A stretch of DNA of 64,000 nucleotides from Minisyncoccia bacterium. Its GTDB lineage: Bacteria > Patescibacteriota > Minisyncoccia > Phycocordibacterales > UBA9973. A program made the position numbers and the translations under genes. The stretch lies in NCBI GenBank assembly GCA_049287305.1, contig JBAQFO010000009.1:26259-90258 (forward strand), written 5' to 3'. This document shows positions 46,243 to 56,564 of the stretch, piece by piece. The notes beneath the pieces are model-generated. The model was given only the letters and a program-made list of their open reading frames with translations, did no database searches and had not been told where the DNA came from. Numbering within the stretch: the first letter of the stretch is position 1; every line of letters starts with the position of its first letter.

Positions 46243-49200
46243 TTAAGGTGCTACTTCTGGCGCTGGCATAGGATCTGAAATCGTAGTCGTATCGGTAACC
46301 GACGCGGTATCAGTTGTTGTGGTTGTATCAGCAGGCGCGGGGTCGGAAGCGGTTACAGCTGGATCTGTTGTGGTGGTCGTTGTATCAGTAGTGGCTGCTT
46401 GCCCTGAGCTTGTCGAAGAGTCTGTGGTTGTATCCGACGTAGACACAGGGGCTGCATCGCCTGTAGTGCTACTGCCGAGGGAGTCAGTAGATGAAGGAGT
46501 TGAAGTAGTGACATCTGTTGTCGTAGAGGTAGTCGAAGATCCTGAGCTTGCCGAAGGATTTCCCGCATTTATAAGCAAAGCATCAAGCTGTCCCCGAGTA
46601 ATGCACGTCTCTCCGGCATCATCTCCCACGCAAAGCTCTTTGGTGCGAACTCTGTTCGCAAAGAAATCACCTATGCCATTACCTGCACTCGCGAACCACT
46701 CCGAAACTTTTGCAAATATCTTGGAGAGAATAGACCCTTCGCCCCTATCAACAAGTTCTCCATCCTGCGTCTCATGCACATAGTCTAGGTCTAGGCTGTC
46801 GTTCAGGTCTTTTATTATCAATTCCATATCTATAACCAGAGTCTTGCCTGTCTCCGAATTTGCAGAATCAAATACCCAGTAGTTGTTTATGTTTTCGTGT
46901 GGAGATAACAAAGTCGCATTTCCCGCTGCGTCCATTACTCTTAATTCTCCCGCCGTGCTATACAGAGAAATTCCATTAGTCAAAGTTCCCGCCGGCGCCG
47001 TGCCGTCAAATATATCCAAATGGTTACTCCCTTCAGTTGTAGCTCTAACGGCTGTGCCAGCGATTTTAACATTGCCGCTTCCACCTCCACCTAAAGCAGC
47101 TGGCATCAGAACAATATGCCCACCAGTCCCAGTAGTATATGTAGACAACCTTAAATAGGTATCAGTTGCCCCAGTTCCTACTGTTCTTATGTCGCCATAA
47201 CCACCACTAAAATTTAGTATTCCGGCGCTTGCTCCGGTATTTGCACCTAGATTTATCGCAGAACCACCAATAGTGATTCTAGCGCCCGAAAAGGTAATAT
47301 CACTGTAACGTACTTCCATAAGAGTAGTGGTCCCGGAGGGATCATCAATTTTCAAAGCACTTCCAATTCCTCCCCCTGTAGTCCCTGCCCTAATATATAA
47401 ACCGGAAGTTGTATCCGTATCGCTTGTGGCGATAAGGCTAAGCATGTGCCTGTTTGTAATAGTTGCATTTGTGCCAGCAATAGGAGCGCCCACAATACCT
47501 ACAGTTGAAGCTCTGGTCAAAGTGCTTGCGCCCGCAAAAGCGTAAGTCGGAGCTGTAATTTGGACAGCTCTTTGGGTCGCCAATGCGCCAGTTGCGAATT
47601 GAACAGTGCGCGCAAGATTGAAGTTTATATCTGAAGCTTCAGTTGATGCGGTTAAGGTTGTATGCGCGCCACCGGTAAAACCTAACCCCGTCGGGCTCCC
47701 TGACGTGGAAACTGGCTGGTCTATATCGAAAAGTGCATCAGGAGTAGTGTCTCTGATACCTACATTCCCGCCCTGCAGGACTGTCAATGCAGCGAACGGT
47801 GATGCCGCATTATAAACATCAATATTAAAATCTTTTGCTGTTCCCGTGCGAAATGCCCAATATCCTTGTCCTCCCGCAATTGAGTATGTTCCAGTAAATG
47901 CGTTTCCGCTAAAAACCGTATCACTTAACGGGCCATTAAAATATGCTGAACCGTCCGGCCTGACGACGGCTTGTGCCGTTCCCGAACTGTTTTGCCATTG
48001 TTGAAGGTCAGCCGTCTGTGATAGCTTGCCTTGTATCACCAAACCTTTCTGCGTGGTTGCCGAAGTTGCGAATAAGTTGTCTGCGAGCGCATCGGCTGTG
48101 GTTGCAGTACCAAAAAGAGATTTCGCCACACTTATAGTCCCCGCCACACTTCCCTCTGCTCCTGTGCCCACTTGGAGAATACCAGAGCCACCATACGACA
48201 GGCTGACGCTATTTGTTGCTTGTGAAGTTCCAAAAAGTTGAGTGAATCCAGTCTTCAAATCAGCATATGCGTTACTGGTGTGGTCGAGTACCTGAAGAAT
48301 GCCGTTTGCTGAATAGTAAAGCCGACCACGATAGGTGGCAGTATCACTACCAAAATAAACACCATTACTGCCTGTAGCGAGAGAGGTTCCTGCGTAAAAG
48401 TTTGCGGCCTGAAGTGTCCCCGCCACGCTTCCCGCCGCTCCAGTTCCAACACCAATTACTCCGGCGGAAATGCGGGAAAGGCCGGTGTCGGAAGCACCAG
48501 AAGCATCTGATGAAGAAGCCCACCCGAAAGTTCCAACAGAACCTAAGTTAGCTCTAATGTTATATACATCAAAATATATGTATGGGGCATATGCAGCCAC
48601 ATCACTATACGACAAGCCCAATCCAACATTAGTGCCAGAACCAGATAATGTTATTGCGCTTCCCCCAGTATTAGAACCATCCCTGAAAGACATTCTTGTT
48701 GAGCCAGATTTTTGAAAATCAAGATATTTAGATCCGGTACTTGCAGCGGTTGCAGTATAATTTAATACAGCTCCTGTAAATGCAACTCCAGCACCATTCC
48801 AAGTTTGAGTTAGAGAAAGTGCAGGTGCGCTAGTAGTAACGGTTCCGCTTACTATATCGGCATTTGCAAGTTTAAGCGTCCCCGCATAGCTTCCTGCCGC
48901 GCCGGTGCCGACGCCAATTACTCCGGCAGAGATGCGAGAAAATGCAGTATCCAACGCGGCAGGGGTTGTGCTAGGCCAAAAACCTAGTGGCCTGGTCGCA
49001 CTTACCCCAACTCCGTAACCATCTAAGTTTGTTACAGAAGCGACAATTCCTCCACCCTGGAGTTGCAAGAAATCGGTGCTAGTTGGGCCTATCGTTAGGG
49101 AAGCATCAGTGCGAGCAATCGTATCGGCTGCGGCGTTAATAAAAATAGGGGCAACGCCTGTGCTTTTCTGCCACTCTTGCAAATTAGCGGTCTGCGATGC

Positions 49201-49905
49201 CTTCCCCTGAATTACCAATCCTTTCTGGGTCGTTGCTGTCGTAGCAAAATAATTATCAGCCAATGCATCTGCGGTCGTTAAGGTGCCAGCTTTTACCGAT
49301 GTCGGAGTAATTGCTCCGAGGGTCAGGGTAATCGCCGGAGTGGATGTAGCTGTGGCCACAGAACCGGAAACTCCATTGGCAGTTACCACGGAAACAGAAG
49401 TTACCGTCCCGGTGCCCAATGTTTCTATCTTATCGTAAATGGCGTTCTTGCTTGGCGCATGAGTCGTGTCGGCATTCCAGCCAACGCCGTAGACAGTGTC
49501 GCTGATATTCGCAGCGGTAAGAGGTGCCACAACATCACACAGTGCGTCCGTTGGAGCACATTCCGGATTTAAGGTCTCACCCGGGTCATAATTAGCCCCA
49601 TCCCATACGGCAAAAACTGCCTGTGAAAAAAACAACACAAATGCCAAAGACGAAAACGCAACAACAAATGATTTGCGCCAAGAGAAGTTGGGGGAATATT
49701 TAATGAAATCAAATTTGAATTTATGAAAGTTAAACAACTTAAAAAGTTTTCGTTTAGTTACTCCCTTTTTAAATATTTTTATCGTTCTATAACCTGATTT
49801 TTTATATTTTTTAAAATATCTGACCACGTTTAACAAACGAGACGAAATGTATCGTTGGCTATGTTTAAATATACGCCGCAGATTCTTTTTTAAAGAAAAT
49901 TTCAT
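46243..49905 (-). CDS. Giant Gly/Thr/Ala-rich surface protein (1220 aa) with an S/T/D-rich C-terminal tail
   Basis: A basic N-terminal extension followed by a hydrophobic signal/anchor. Repeated ISRISAGVIGVGTGAAGS modules. Elevated local GC driven by Gly/Ala/Thr codons. Confidence 0.65.
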   Translation of the reverse strand: MKFSLKKNLRRIFKHSQRYISSRLLNVVRYFKKYKKSGYRTIKIFKKGVTKRKLFKLFNFHKFKFDFIKYSPNFSWRKSFVVAFSSLAFVLFFSQAVFAVWDGANYDPGETLNPECAPTDALCDVVAPLTAANISDTVYGVGWNADTTHAPSKNAIYDKIETLGTGTVTSVSVVTANGVSGSVATATSTPAITLTLGAITPTSVKAGTLTTADALADNYFATTATTQKGLVIQGKASQTANLQEWQKSTGVAPIFINAAADTIARTDASLTIGPTSTDFLQLQGGGIVASVTNLDGYGVGVSATRPLGFWPSTTPAALDTAFSRISAGVIGVGTGAAGSYAGTLKLANADIVSGTVTTSAPALSLTQTWNGAGVAFTGAVLNYTATAASTGSKYLDFQKSGSTRMSFRDGSNTGGSAITLSGSGTNVGLGLSYSDVAAYAPYIYFDVYNIRANLGSVGTFGWASSSDASGASDTGLSRISAGVIGVGTGAAGSVAGTLQAANFYAGTSLATGSNGVYFGSDTATYRGRLYYSANGILQVLDHTSNAYADLKTGFTQLFGTSQATNSVSLSYGGSGILQVGTGAEGSVAGTISVAKSLFGTATTADALADNLFATSATTQKGLVIQGKLSQTADLQQWQNSSGTAQAVVRPDGSAYFNGPLSDTVFSGNAFTGTYSIAGGQGYWAFRTGTAKDFNIDVYNAASPFAALTVLQGGNVGIRDTTPDALFDIDQPVSTSGSPTGLGFTGGAHTTLTASTEASDINFNLARTVQFATGALATQRAVQITAPTYAFAGASTLTRASTVGIVGAPIAGTNATITNRHMLSLIATSDTDTTSGLYIRAGTTGGGIGSALKIDDPSGTTTLMEVRYSDITFSGARITIGGSAINLGANTGASAGILNFSGGYGDIRTVGTGATDTYLRLSTYTTGTGGHIVLMPAALGGGGSGNVKIAGTAVRATTEGSNHLDIFDGTAPAGTLTNGISLYSTAGELRVMDAAGNATLLSPHENINNYWVFDSANSETGKTLVIDMELIIKDLNDSLDLDYVHETQDGELVDRGEGSILSKIFAKVSEWFASAGNGIGDFFANRVRTKELCVGDDAGETCITRGQLDALLINAGNPSASSGSSTTSTTTDVTTSTPSSTDSLGSSTTGDAAPVSTSDTTTDSSTSSGQAATTDTTTTTTDPAVTASDPAPADTTTTTDTASVTDTTTISDPMPAPEVAP

Positions 49906-49929
49906 TCTATCTTGTGTTATATATAACTG

Positions 49930-50295
49930 CTACCTTTGAACTTTATCTATCAACATCCCGAGCAGCCTCTTCACGCTCGCCTGAGCCTCGGCTTCTGTTT
50001 TAGAACCCACAAATTTCTGCCATTCGGCCATTATTTGTTCATCTTTCAGCCCTCGAACGGAATTTTCCAAGGAAAGCCGAGTCTCAAAATTCACCTCGCC
50101 ATCCGCTTGTAGCACTTCGGTAATAAACAAAGAAGTAAACCCAAGCACCCGCTCATTCAGCTCTGTTTTAGCGCTACGGGATTGAACTTCTTCTAATTCC
50201 TGGGAAAGGAAGAAATAATTTAACCCAAAGAACACGCAACCGACCAAAAGAACGCCGACGACTATAATATATGGAACCCTGTTATTGCTTTGCAT
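49930..50295 (-). CDS. Hypothetical membrane-anchored protein
   Basis: 121 aa with an N-terminal TM segment. Confidence 0.35.
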   Translation of the reverse strand: MQSNNRVPYIIVVGVLLVGCVFFGLNYFFLSQELEEVQSRSAKTELNERVLGFTSLFITEVLQADGEVNFETRLSLENSVRGLKDEQIMAEWQKFVGSKTEAEAQASVKRLLGMLIDKVQR

Positions 50296-52323
50296 TTATT
50301 TATTTGATAATTTAGATAATTTATCTCGCAGATTAGTTCGATATAAATTATACACTAATAATAATAACACAACAATGAGAAGTCCGGTTTGCCAATCAGC
50401 TCCTTTGAGCCATGAAACGCCTGATTTTAACTCTATGTTTTGATGCACTCCCGCGCCTTCGGCTACGATGAATACCTTCCCCTCGTAGGAGTTATAGCCT
50501 GGCGCTTCCACATGGAAATAGTATGAACCTTCCGGCACGAGGAAAGAATACGTGCCCCGGATGTCGGTGATTTGCGGATTGTCTTGGCTGTATTCTTTTG
50601 CATTCCAAAGTTCATATGCTTTAGAAGAAGGATTTAAGCGATACAGAGAAATAATTGCCGAAGGGATGCGTGTTTCTTTCCCGTCTCGTTTTTCAAAGAC
50701 ATACCCTTCGGGGTCTATAACGGTTACCATACTCATTCTCCTTGAACCGAGAACAGGGTCAATATAATCTATCACTGTTATTATCTCGTATTCGCCGGGA
50801 ACCACGGGTGTTGTAATGTCTGCCGTATAGATGCCGTCACGGTCGGTGTCTTCGTATTTAAAAGAAGAGAGTACTAAGTTTTTTTCAACCGGAATAGCAT
50901 CTGAAGTTTTTTCAACCAAGCCATCCATTGAAAATAGCGCTGAGGCTGTCAGAAGTGAACGCGGAGTCAAGCCCGTAACCACCTTGGGAGCGGTAGATTT
51001 GAAAACTACATATCCTGTCACGTTTCGCGCGTCGCCCATAGGCTTAACCACAAGCTTCATTGTCGTCCCGGGAAGCAAAGAAATTCTCTGCATCACATCT
51101 CCTCTCTCTCCCACGGATAAATCCACATTTAAATCCACAAGCTCCCCCGCCGCGCGAGCAAACACGAACTCGGTCGGCAAATTTTGCTTGGCAGAAAGAG
51201 AAAAATTAGAAATTGGCAGTCCCGGAATTAGAGCAATATTGCCTAGACCCACGGTGTTTGGAAGAATTTTTTCTCCCGAAGAAAGTCCCGGAATATCCAA
51301 GGCCACTCCTGAAATATTTTCTATATCGGATATTTCTTCCAAGCCCACTTTTTTTATCGTTTCATCCAAAATATCCGTCAGCCCCGGCACATTCAAGTTC
51401 ACGCCGGCAAGTTTGCTAATGTCGTTAAACCTTTCCACTCCCACCGCTTGGAGAGTCTTCTCCAATTCCGGAAACTTCCCTGCCAGGATGCGAATTTCAT
51501 AAGGTAGCGGCGCAAACACGAAAGAATTTATGGTTTGCTCTGGTAAAATGTTCCACCCTCCCTTCAAAGACAGAGGAGCTAGTTTTGGCACGCTAACTAT
51601 CGGAACAGGTAGCGGAGTATTTTTCCCGCCGAAAAAGAACGACAGAAGGTCGGCTGCTCTATTTAGAATATTCGGAAGATTGTTGAGAACGACAGGAACA
51701 GGATTTACTATCGGTGAAATAATAGGTGGAAGAAATGCCGGCAACGTCGGCAAGATAGGAGGCAGGGCAGACGAATTCCTTGCGATGCTTCCACTTGAAG
51801 CTCCCGCAACTTCACCGGAAGCGCGAACACTTGCTGGTCTCCAGTCTGTCTTTACTTTGAAATCAGACGAAGCGCAGGACAGTCCATTTACGCAATTAAA
51901 ACTTATCTGGCTCGCACTTGAGTCCACTGTCGCGTAACCTAGAAACTCCCCGCTTGTATTTATAGTCACGCCGGTGAAATCTATCCAGCCGAGGTTTGAG
52001 CTCCAGGCATGGCCGGAGAGTATGCCTCCGCTCGTATTTGAAACACCGGCGGTAGTCGGATTTAAATTTATCCAGCCAAAATTTGAACTCCATGCATAGC
52101 CGGTAATGGCGCTATCGGTAACCGCCACACCGCAATTGTCACAGCCGAAATTTATCCAGCCCAGATTTTCTGCCCATGCATATTTATGGGTGGAATCAAT
52201 AGTGCCATTGGTCTCGGAAGCGAAGACTTTGCCGTTTAAAATAACCATTGAAAACGCAAAAACAGCCAAGGCAATCAGCCAGTGGTAAAAGAATGTCCTT
52301 AAAAATATTTTTGTATTTATCAT
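50296..52323 (-). CDS. Large secreted repeat protein with N-terminal (Y/H)AWSxNxGWI(N/D)F repeats and a C-terminal TM anchor
   Basis: A signal peptide, 3 or more GWINF-type repeats, a carboxypeptidase-regulatory-like beta domain near the C-terminus, and the anchor LLIVVLLLLVYNLY. Confidence 0.55.
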   Translation of the reverse strand: MINTKIFLRTFFYHWLIALAVFAFSMVILNGKVFASETNGTIDSTHKYAWAENLGWINFGCDNCGVAVTDSAITGYAWSSNFGWINLNPTTAGVSNTSGGILSGHAWSSNLGWIDFTGVTINTSGEFLGYATVDSSASQISFNCVNGLSCASSDFKVKTDWRPASVRASGEVAGASSGSIARNSSALPPILPTLPAFLPPIISPIVNPVPVVLNNLPNILNRAADLLSFFFGGKNTPLPVPIVSVPKLAPLSLKGGWNILPEQTINSFVFAPLPYEIRILAGKFPELEKTLQAVGVERFNDISKLAGVNLNVPGLTDILDETIKKVGLEEISDIENISGVALDIPGLSSGEKILPNTVGLGNIALIPGLPISNFSLSAKQNLPTEFVFARAAGELVDLNVDLSVGERGDVMQRISLLPGTTMKLVVKPMGDARNVTGYVVFKSTAPKVVTGLTPRSLLTASALFSMDGLVEKTSDAIPVEKNLVLSSFKYEDTDRDGIYTADITTPVVPGEYEIITVIDYIDPVLGSRRMSMVTVIDPEGYVFEKRDGKETRIPSAIISLYRLNPSSKAYELWNAKEYSQDNPQITDIRGTYSFLVPEGSYYFHVEAPGYNSYEGKVFIVAEGAGVHQNIELKSGVSWLKGADWQTGLLIVVLLLLVYNLYRTNLRDKLSKLSNK

Positions 52324-52381
52324 TTGTTAACTATCGCCAGTCCGAATACTAAAAAGCAATAGTTGCAACATACCTATTATA

Positions 52382-53215
52382 CTAATCTTTTTTAACTTGA
52401 ACAAATTTTAGTTCTTGCATATTCACCGGACTTGCGAAAAGAACTTTTGTAAAAGAGTCCCTGGGGTCAGAAATGGTCGCCTCGGCTACGGCAACCACGT
52501 AAGAATTAATGCCGGGAAGTATCGCTTGGTCCCCAGGATTTATAGTGATATCTCTTGGGAAAATCATTTCAAAATTTCCTCCACCGCGCCCGACTAATTC
52601 GGAAGATATTACCTTGTCGGCTACTCCTTCACTCCCGACTTCACTTGAAGAGTTTCTAAGAATATTCGCAAATGTTCTCTCTCCCGCACTGGAAAATAAA
52701 ATTATCGTAGAAGCCTGTGTTGACGTGGCGCCAACCTTGCCAATAGGGACTTCTCCAAAGGCAAACACCATATCCCCGTTTTTTATTCCGAGGTCTTCTC
52801 CAACGTCTACAAGCAACGTGTCATAAGCGCTTTGATTGGGTTTGGATAGCACAGTCGCAAGCGTCATGCGGGCTTCTTCTTTTTTGCGTCCTAAAATTTC
52901 TTTTAACATCACATTCTCGGAATCCACCGCTTCGTGATTTAAAATTTTTACGTTAGCCTCATCAAGCCTAGCACGCAAGTCTTCGTTTTCATTTAAAAGC
53001 ATCTGTTTGGAATAAAAATATGCCCCGAAATTTCCAAGGCGTGTTCCTACATTATTCCCCCCGACTATAACCGGACGAAAAACTTTTTGTCCCACGTAAG
53101 AAAATCCGTTCCAAATCCCATTGCGGAAATAGAAAAAAACAACCAGAAACAAAACACAAAAAAGTGCTATTAGGAATTTTTTCTTTTTAGCTTTTCTATC
53201 TAGGAGGTAGCTCAT
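52382..53215 (-). CDS. mreC: Rod shape-determining protein MreC
   Basis: An N-terminal TM segment, a coiled-coil segment, a C-terminal beta domain, and a position immediately downstream of mreB. Confidence 0.7.
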   Translation of the reverse strand: MSYLLDRKAKKKKFLIALFCVLFLVVFFYFRNGIWNGFSYVGQKVFRPVIVGGNNVGTRLGNFGAYFYSKQMLLNENEDLRARLDEANVKILNHEAVDSENVMLKEILGRKKEEARMTLATVLSKPNQSAYDTLLVDVGEDLGIKNGDMVFAFGEVPIGKVGATSTQASTIILFSSAGERTFANILRNSSSEVGSEGVADKVISSELVGRGGGNFEMIFPRDITINPGDQAILPGINSYVVAVAEATISDPRDSFTKVLFASPVNMQELKFVQVKKD

Positions 53216-53332
53216 CCCGTTAGAAGCAGATCGCGGTCACTAAACCGTTATTATGCTCAATATTTATTAGTATTAATATTTTTTTCATCAACACATTCAT
53301 ATATCAAACTGCGACCACGGCTTCTAGCGGGA

Positions 53333-54385
53333 TCATCGTGGAGGTAATTCGTCCTGATTCCCTATCAAAACTTCTTTATAAAATGCGACGTCGTCTAAAA
53401 TAACCCCCGTGCCGCGAGCCACAGCCGAGAGCGGGTCCTCTACCACATAAATAGGAATTTTTAAAACATTTTGTAAAAGCTCAGCCAACCCGGGCAAAAG
53501 AGCTCCGCCTCCGGACAACGTAATTCCCCGATGCATTATATCCGACAATATTTCAGGCGGGGTAGTTTCCAACATATCTTTTACTCCTTCAACGAGCCCT
53601 TTTACGGAAAGCGAAAGCGCTTCACGAATATCCGAATCCGTCACCACAACTTCTCTAGGAAGTCCCGTAAGGAGGTCTCGCCCATGCACTTCTGTTTCCA
53701 TATATTCTCCTGGAATCGCGGAACCGATAGCTATCTTTACCATTTCAGCCGTTCTTTCTCCGACAAGAATTTTAAATTCATCTCGCATGTATGAGATGAT
53801 GTCATTATTCAATCTGTCTCCCGCAATTTTTAAATTTTTAGATTTCACGATGCCCCCGAGTGAAATAACCGCTATGTCCGTAGTGCCTCCTCCTATGTCT
53901 ATTATCATAGAGCCCACGGGGTCCTTGATAGGCAAGCGAATGCCGATAGCCGCTGCCATGGGCTCTTCCACGAGAAAGACTTCCCTGGCGCCCGCGGAAC
54001 GCGCGGCATCATATACTGCCCGAGTCTCCACATTAGTCGTTCCCGTAGGAACTCCGACCACGACTCTCGGTCGCGCCAGCTTTTTGGAAATTTTATCGGC
54101 TTTGTTTATGAGATAAGAAAGCATTTCCTCGGTAACTTCAAAGTCCGAAATAACTCCGTCCACAAGCGGTCGGATAGCTTTTATGTGTCCGGGTGTGCGT
54201 CCGAGCATCTCTTTCGCTTTCATTCCAACGGCGAGAATTTGATTTGTTTTTATATTCACCGCTACCACCGAAGGTTCGTTAATGACAATGCCGTGACCTT
54301 TTAAATACACCAAAGTATTGGAAGTGCCTAAGTCTATGCCAATGTCATTTGAAATTAATTTGTAAATTTTGTCTAAAATTCTCAT
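53333..54385 (-). CDS. mreB: Rod shape-determining actin homolog MreB
   Basis: GIDLGTSNT and DIGGGTTD actin-fold phosphate loops; 350 aa. Confidence 0.9.
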   Translation of the reverse strand: MRILDKIYKLISNDIGIDLGTSNTLVYLKGHGIVINEPSVVAVNIKTNQILAVGMKAKEMLGRTPGHIKAIRPLVDGVISDFEVTEEMLSYLINKADKISKKLARPRVVVGVPTGTTNVETRAVYDAARSAGAREVFLVEEPMAAAIGIRLPIKDPVGSMIIDIGGGTTDIAVISLGGIVKSKNLKIAGDRLNNDIISYMRDEFKILVGERTAEMVKIAIGSAIPGEYMETEVHGRDLLTGLPREVVVTDSDIREALSLSVKGLVEGVKDMLETTPPEILSDIMHRGITLSGGGALLPGLAELLQNVLKIPIYVVEDPLSAVARGTGVILDDVAFYKEVLIGNQDELPPR

Positions 54386-54390
54386 TAGCT

Positions 54391-55680
54391 TTATAGAGTT
54401 GAGCTCCCTAGCTTACTAGTTTCTAAAATTTTTAATAAATCCGGGAGAGTTACGATCTGACCTTTTTCCTCGGTACGTTTCTTAAGCTCAATACCGTTTT
54501 CCTTTAAGCTTCGCGCCGACACCACCGCCCGATACGGCATACCAAGTAGGTCTGCATCGCCGAATTTTTCTCCCGCAGACAGCCCCTCTCTGTCGTCAAA
54601 CAAAACTTCAACCCCAGCTTTTTCCAAACTTTCATAAATTTTATTCGCCTCAGCCAAAACAGCTTCGTCGTCTCCGAGCGCAAGCAAGTGGATAGTAAAC
54701 GGGGCTATAGACTCAGGCCATACTATCCCCTTATCGTCAGACAAAGCTTCAACTACGGTGCCCATAAGGCGTCCCAGGCCGATTCCATAGCATCCCATAA
54801 AAATAGGGTGCTTTTCGCCTTTTTCGTCGGTATAAGTAAGGTCAAAAGGTTCGGAAAAGCGGGTTTTTAAGTCAAAAATATTTCCCACCTCAATTGCTTT
54901 CTTTTCTACAAGTTTCTCTTTGGTGAGATTAAGGCTTGCCAGCACCTCATCGTTATAAACTTCGTGATTCACCGCAACGGTAGTAGCTTCGTCAATATAT
55001 ATTGTGTCTTCTCCCGCCGGAGTAACGGTCTGAAATTCGTGGGAATACTTGGAAAAGGTTCCGCCCGAAGCGAAGGTAAGATAAGTAATGTGTCCAATTC
55101 CTGCTCTGTCAAAAATATTCTTATAAACGCCTTTCATTTTTTCGTAAAATTTCTCAAAATCTTCCGGAGACGCGTGAAAAGAATACATATCTTTCATTAG
55201 AAACTCGCGCCCGCGAAGGATACCCGACTTGGCGCGAAGTTCGTTTCGAAATTTGGTTTGAAATTGATAAACAGCCAAAGGAAGGTCTTTGTATGAAGAA
55301 ACGAAATTAGTAAGCATGTTTACTAGCGGCTCTTCGTGAGAAAACCCGAGTCCGAGTTCGGTGTCATTTTTTAATTTTGTCTTGAACCAATTATCCACCA
55401 CGTCATCCTCCCAGCGGTTGGTTTTCTTCCAGAGTTCGGTATTTTGAAGCGCCGTCATGGAAACTTCCTGCCCGCCCACGTTGTTCATTTCTTCGCGAAT
55501 AATATTTTCAATTTTCTTTATTACCCGGAGCCCCAGCGGTAAATACATGAATACACCCGCCATTTCTTTATGCACAAACCCTCCCCTGATTAAGAGTTCG
55601 GCATTTTTAGAGACTTCGTCGGATGGAGCTTCACGCCTTGTTTTAGTAAAAAGTTGAGATTGCCTTATGCCTTTGGTCAT
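54391..55680 (-). CDS. proS: Proline--tRNA ligase (short form, apparently without a large editing insertion)
   Basis: N-terminal LIRGGFVHKEMAGVFMYLPLGLRVIKKIENIIREEM and class II aaRS motifs; 429 aa. Confidence 0.8.
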   Translation of the reverse strand: MTKGIRQSQLFTKTRREAPSDEVSKNAELLIRGGFVHKEMAGVFMYLPLGLRVIKKIENIIREEMNNVGGQEVSMTALQNTELWKKTNRWEDDVVDNWFKTKLKNDTELGLGFSHEEPLVNMLTNFVSSYKDLPLAVYQFQTKFRNELRAKSGILRGREFLMKDMYSFHASPEDFEKFYEKMKGVYKNIFDRAGIGHITYLTFASGGTFSKYSHEFQTVTPAGEDTIYIDEATTVAVNHEVYNDEVLASLNLTKEKLVEKKAIEVGNIFDLKTRFSEPFDLTYTDEKGEKHPIFMGCYGIGLGRLMGTVVEALSDDKGIVWPESIAPFTIHLLALGDDEAVLAEANKIYESLEKAGVEVLFDDREGLSAGEKFGDADLLGMPYRAVVSARSLKENGIELKKRTEEKGQIVTLPDLLKILETSKLGSSTL

Positions 55681-55775
55681 ACTGCCATACTACCCGAAAA
55701 AAACCTTTTGGTCAAAGTAAGCCTGATTTATATGTAAAATTTGCCAAAGACCGGACTTTCTGCTATATTGTTCCT

Positions 55776-56513
55776 ATGCAAAAAGCAAAAAGCGCGAGCG
55801 GAAACAAGGCGGATAATGACACGATTGTGGAGCAAATGTTCCAGGCCGGAGCCCAATATGGCTACAGCAAAACACGACGTCACCCTTCTGTATCCAAGTA
55901 TATTTACACCACAAAAAACAAAGGTGATATTATAAACCTTGAAAAAACAAGCGAGCTTTTGGACGAGGCTCTTCTCTTCATAAAGAACTTGGGAGCCCAG
56001 AACAAAACCGTCCTTTTCGTCGGAACCAAGCCGGAAGCAAAAATAGCTACCAAGACCGTTGCCGAATCTTTAAATATGCCTTACGTTGCGGAAAGATGGA
56101 TCGGAGGAACTCTTTCCAATTTCACCGAAATCAAAAAGAGAATCGCTGAACTTGAAAATTACCAAAAAGACAGCGTCGGAGGCGGATTGGACAAATATAC
56201 CAAGAAGGAAAGAGTAGTTATGGCAAAAAAAATGGAGAAGCTTGCCCGATATTACACAGGGTTACTCGGACTCAAAAAAGCTCCGGACGCTTTGTTTATA
56301 ATAGACGCCAAGAGTGAACACATCGCCGCCACCGAAGGGAGAAAATCTGGAATTCCGGTTTTAGCACTAGTAAACTCAGACTCAAACATCAAAGGAATTG
56401 ACTACCCTATTGTGGCCAATGATTCCGCTATTCCATCAATTAAATTTTTCGCATCCGCGATAGCCGAGGCCTACAAAGAAGGCCAGATAGGAGCGACCGC
56501 TAAAACATCTTAA
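55776..56513 (+). CDS. rpsB: 30S ribosomal protein S2
   Basis: MFQAGAQYGYSKTRRHPSVSKYIY ... ERWIGGTLSNF conserved S2 blocks. Confidence 0.9.
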   Translation: MQKAKSASGNKADNDTIVEQMFQAGAQYGYSKTRRHPSVSKYIYTTKNKGDIINLEKTSELLDEALLFIKNLGAQNKTVLFVGTKPEAKIATKTVAESLNMPYVAERWIGGTLSNFTEIKKRIAELENYQKDSVGGGLDKYTKKERVVMAKKMEKLARYYTGLLGLKKAPDALFIIDAKSEHIAATEGRKSGIPVLALVNSDSNIKGIDYPIVANDSAIPSIKFFASAIAEAYKEGQIGATAKTS

Positions 56514-56564
56514 TAATTATAATTCTTAGCAAGCCTGTCTGCCAGCAGGTAGGTAAAAGAGCCT

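Noticed and set aside
46243-49905. A phage tail-fibre intramolecular-chaperone (S74) domain at the C-terminal part of the 1220-aa protein
   Set aside because: ANRVRTKELCV only loosely resembles the SDxRLKxNI signature and lacks the Ser-Asp nucleophile dyad, so it is not called.
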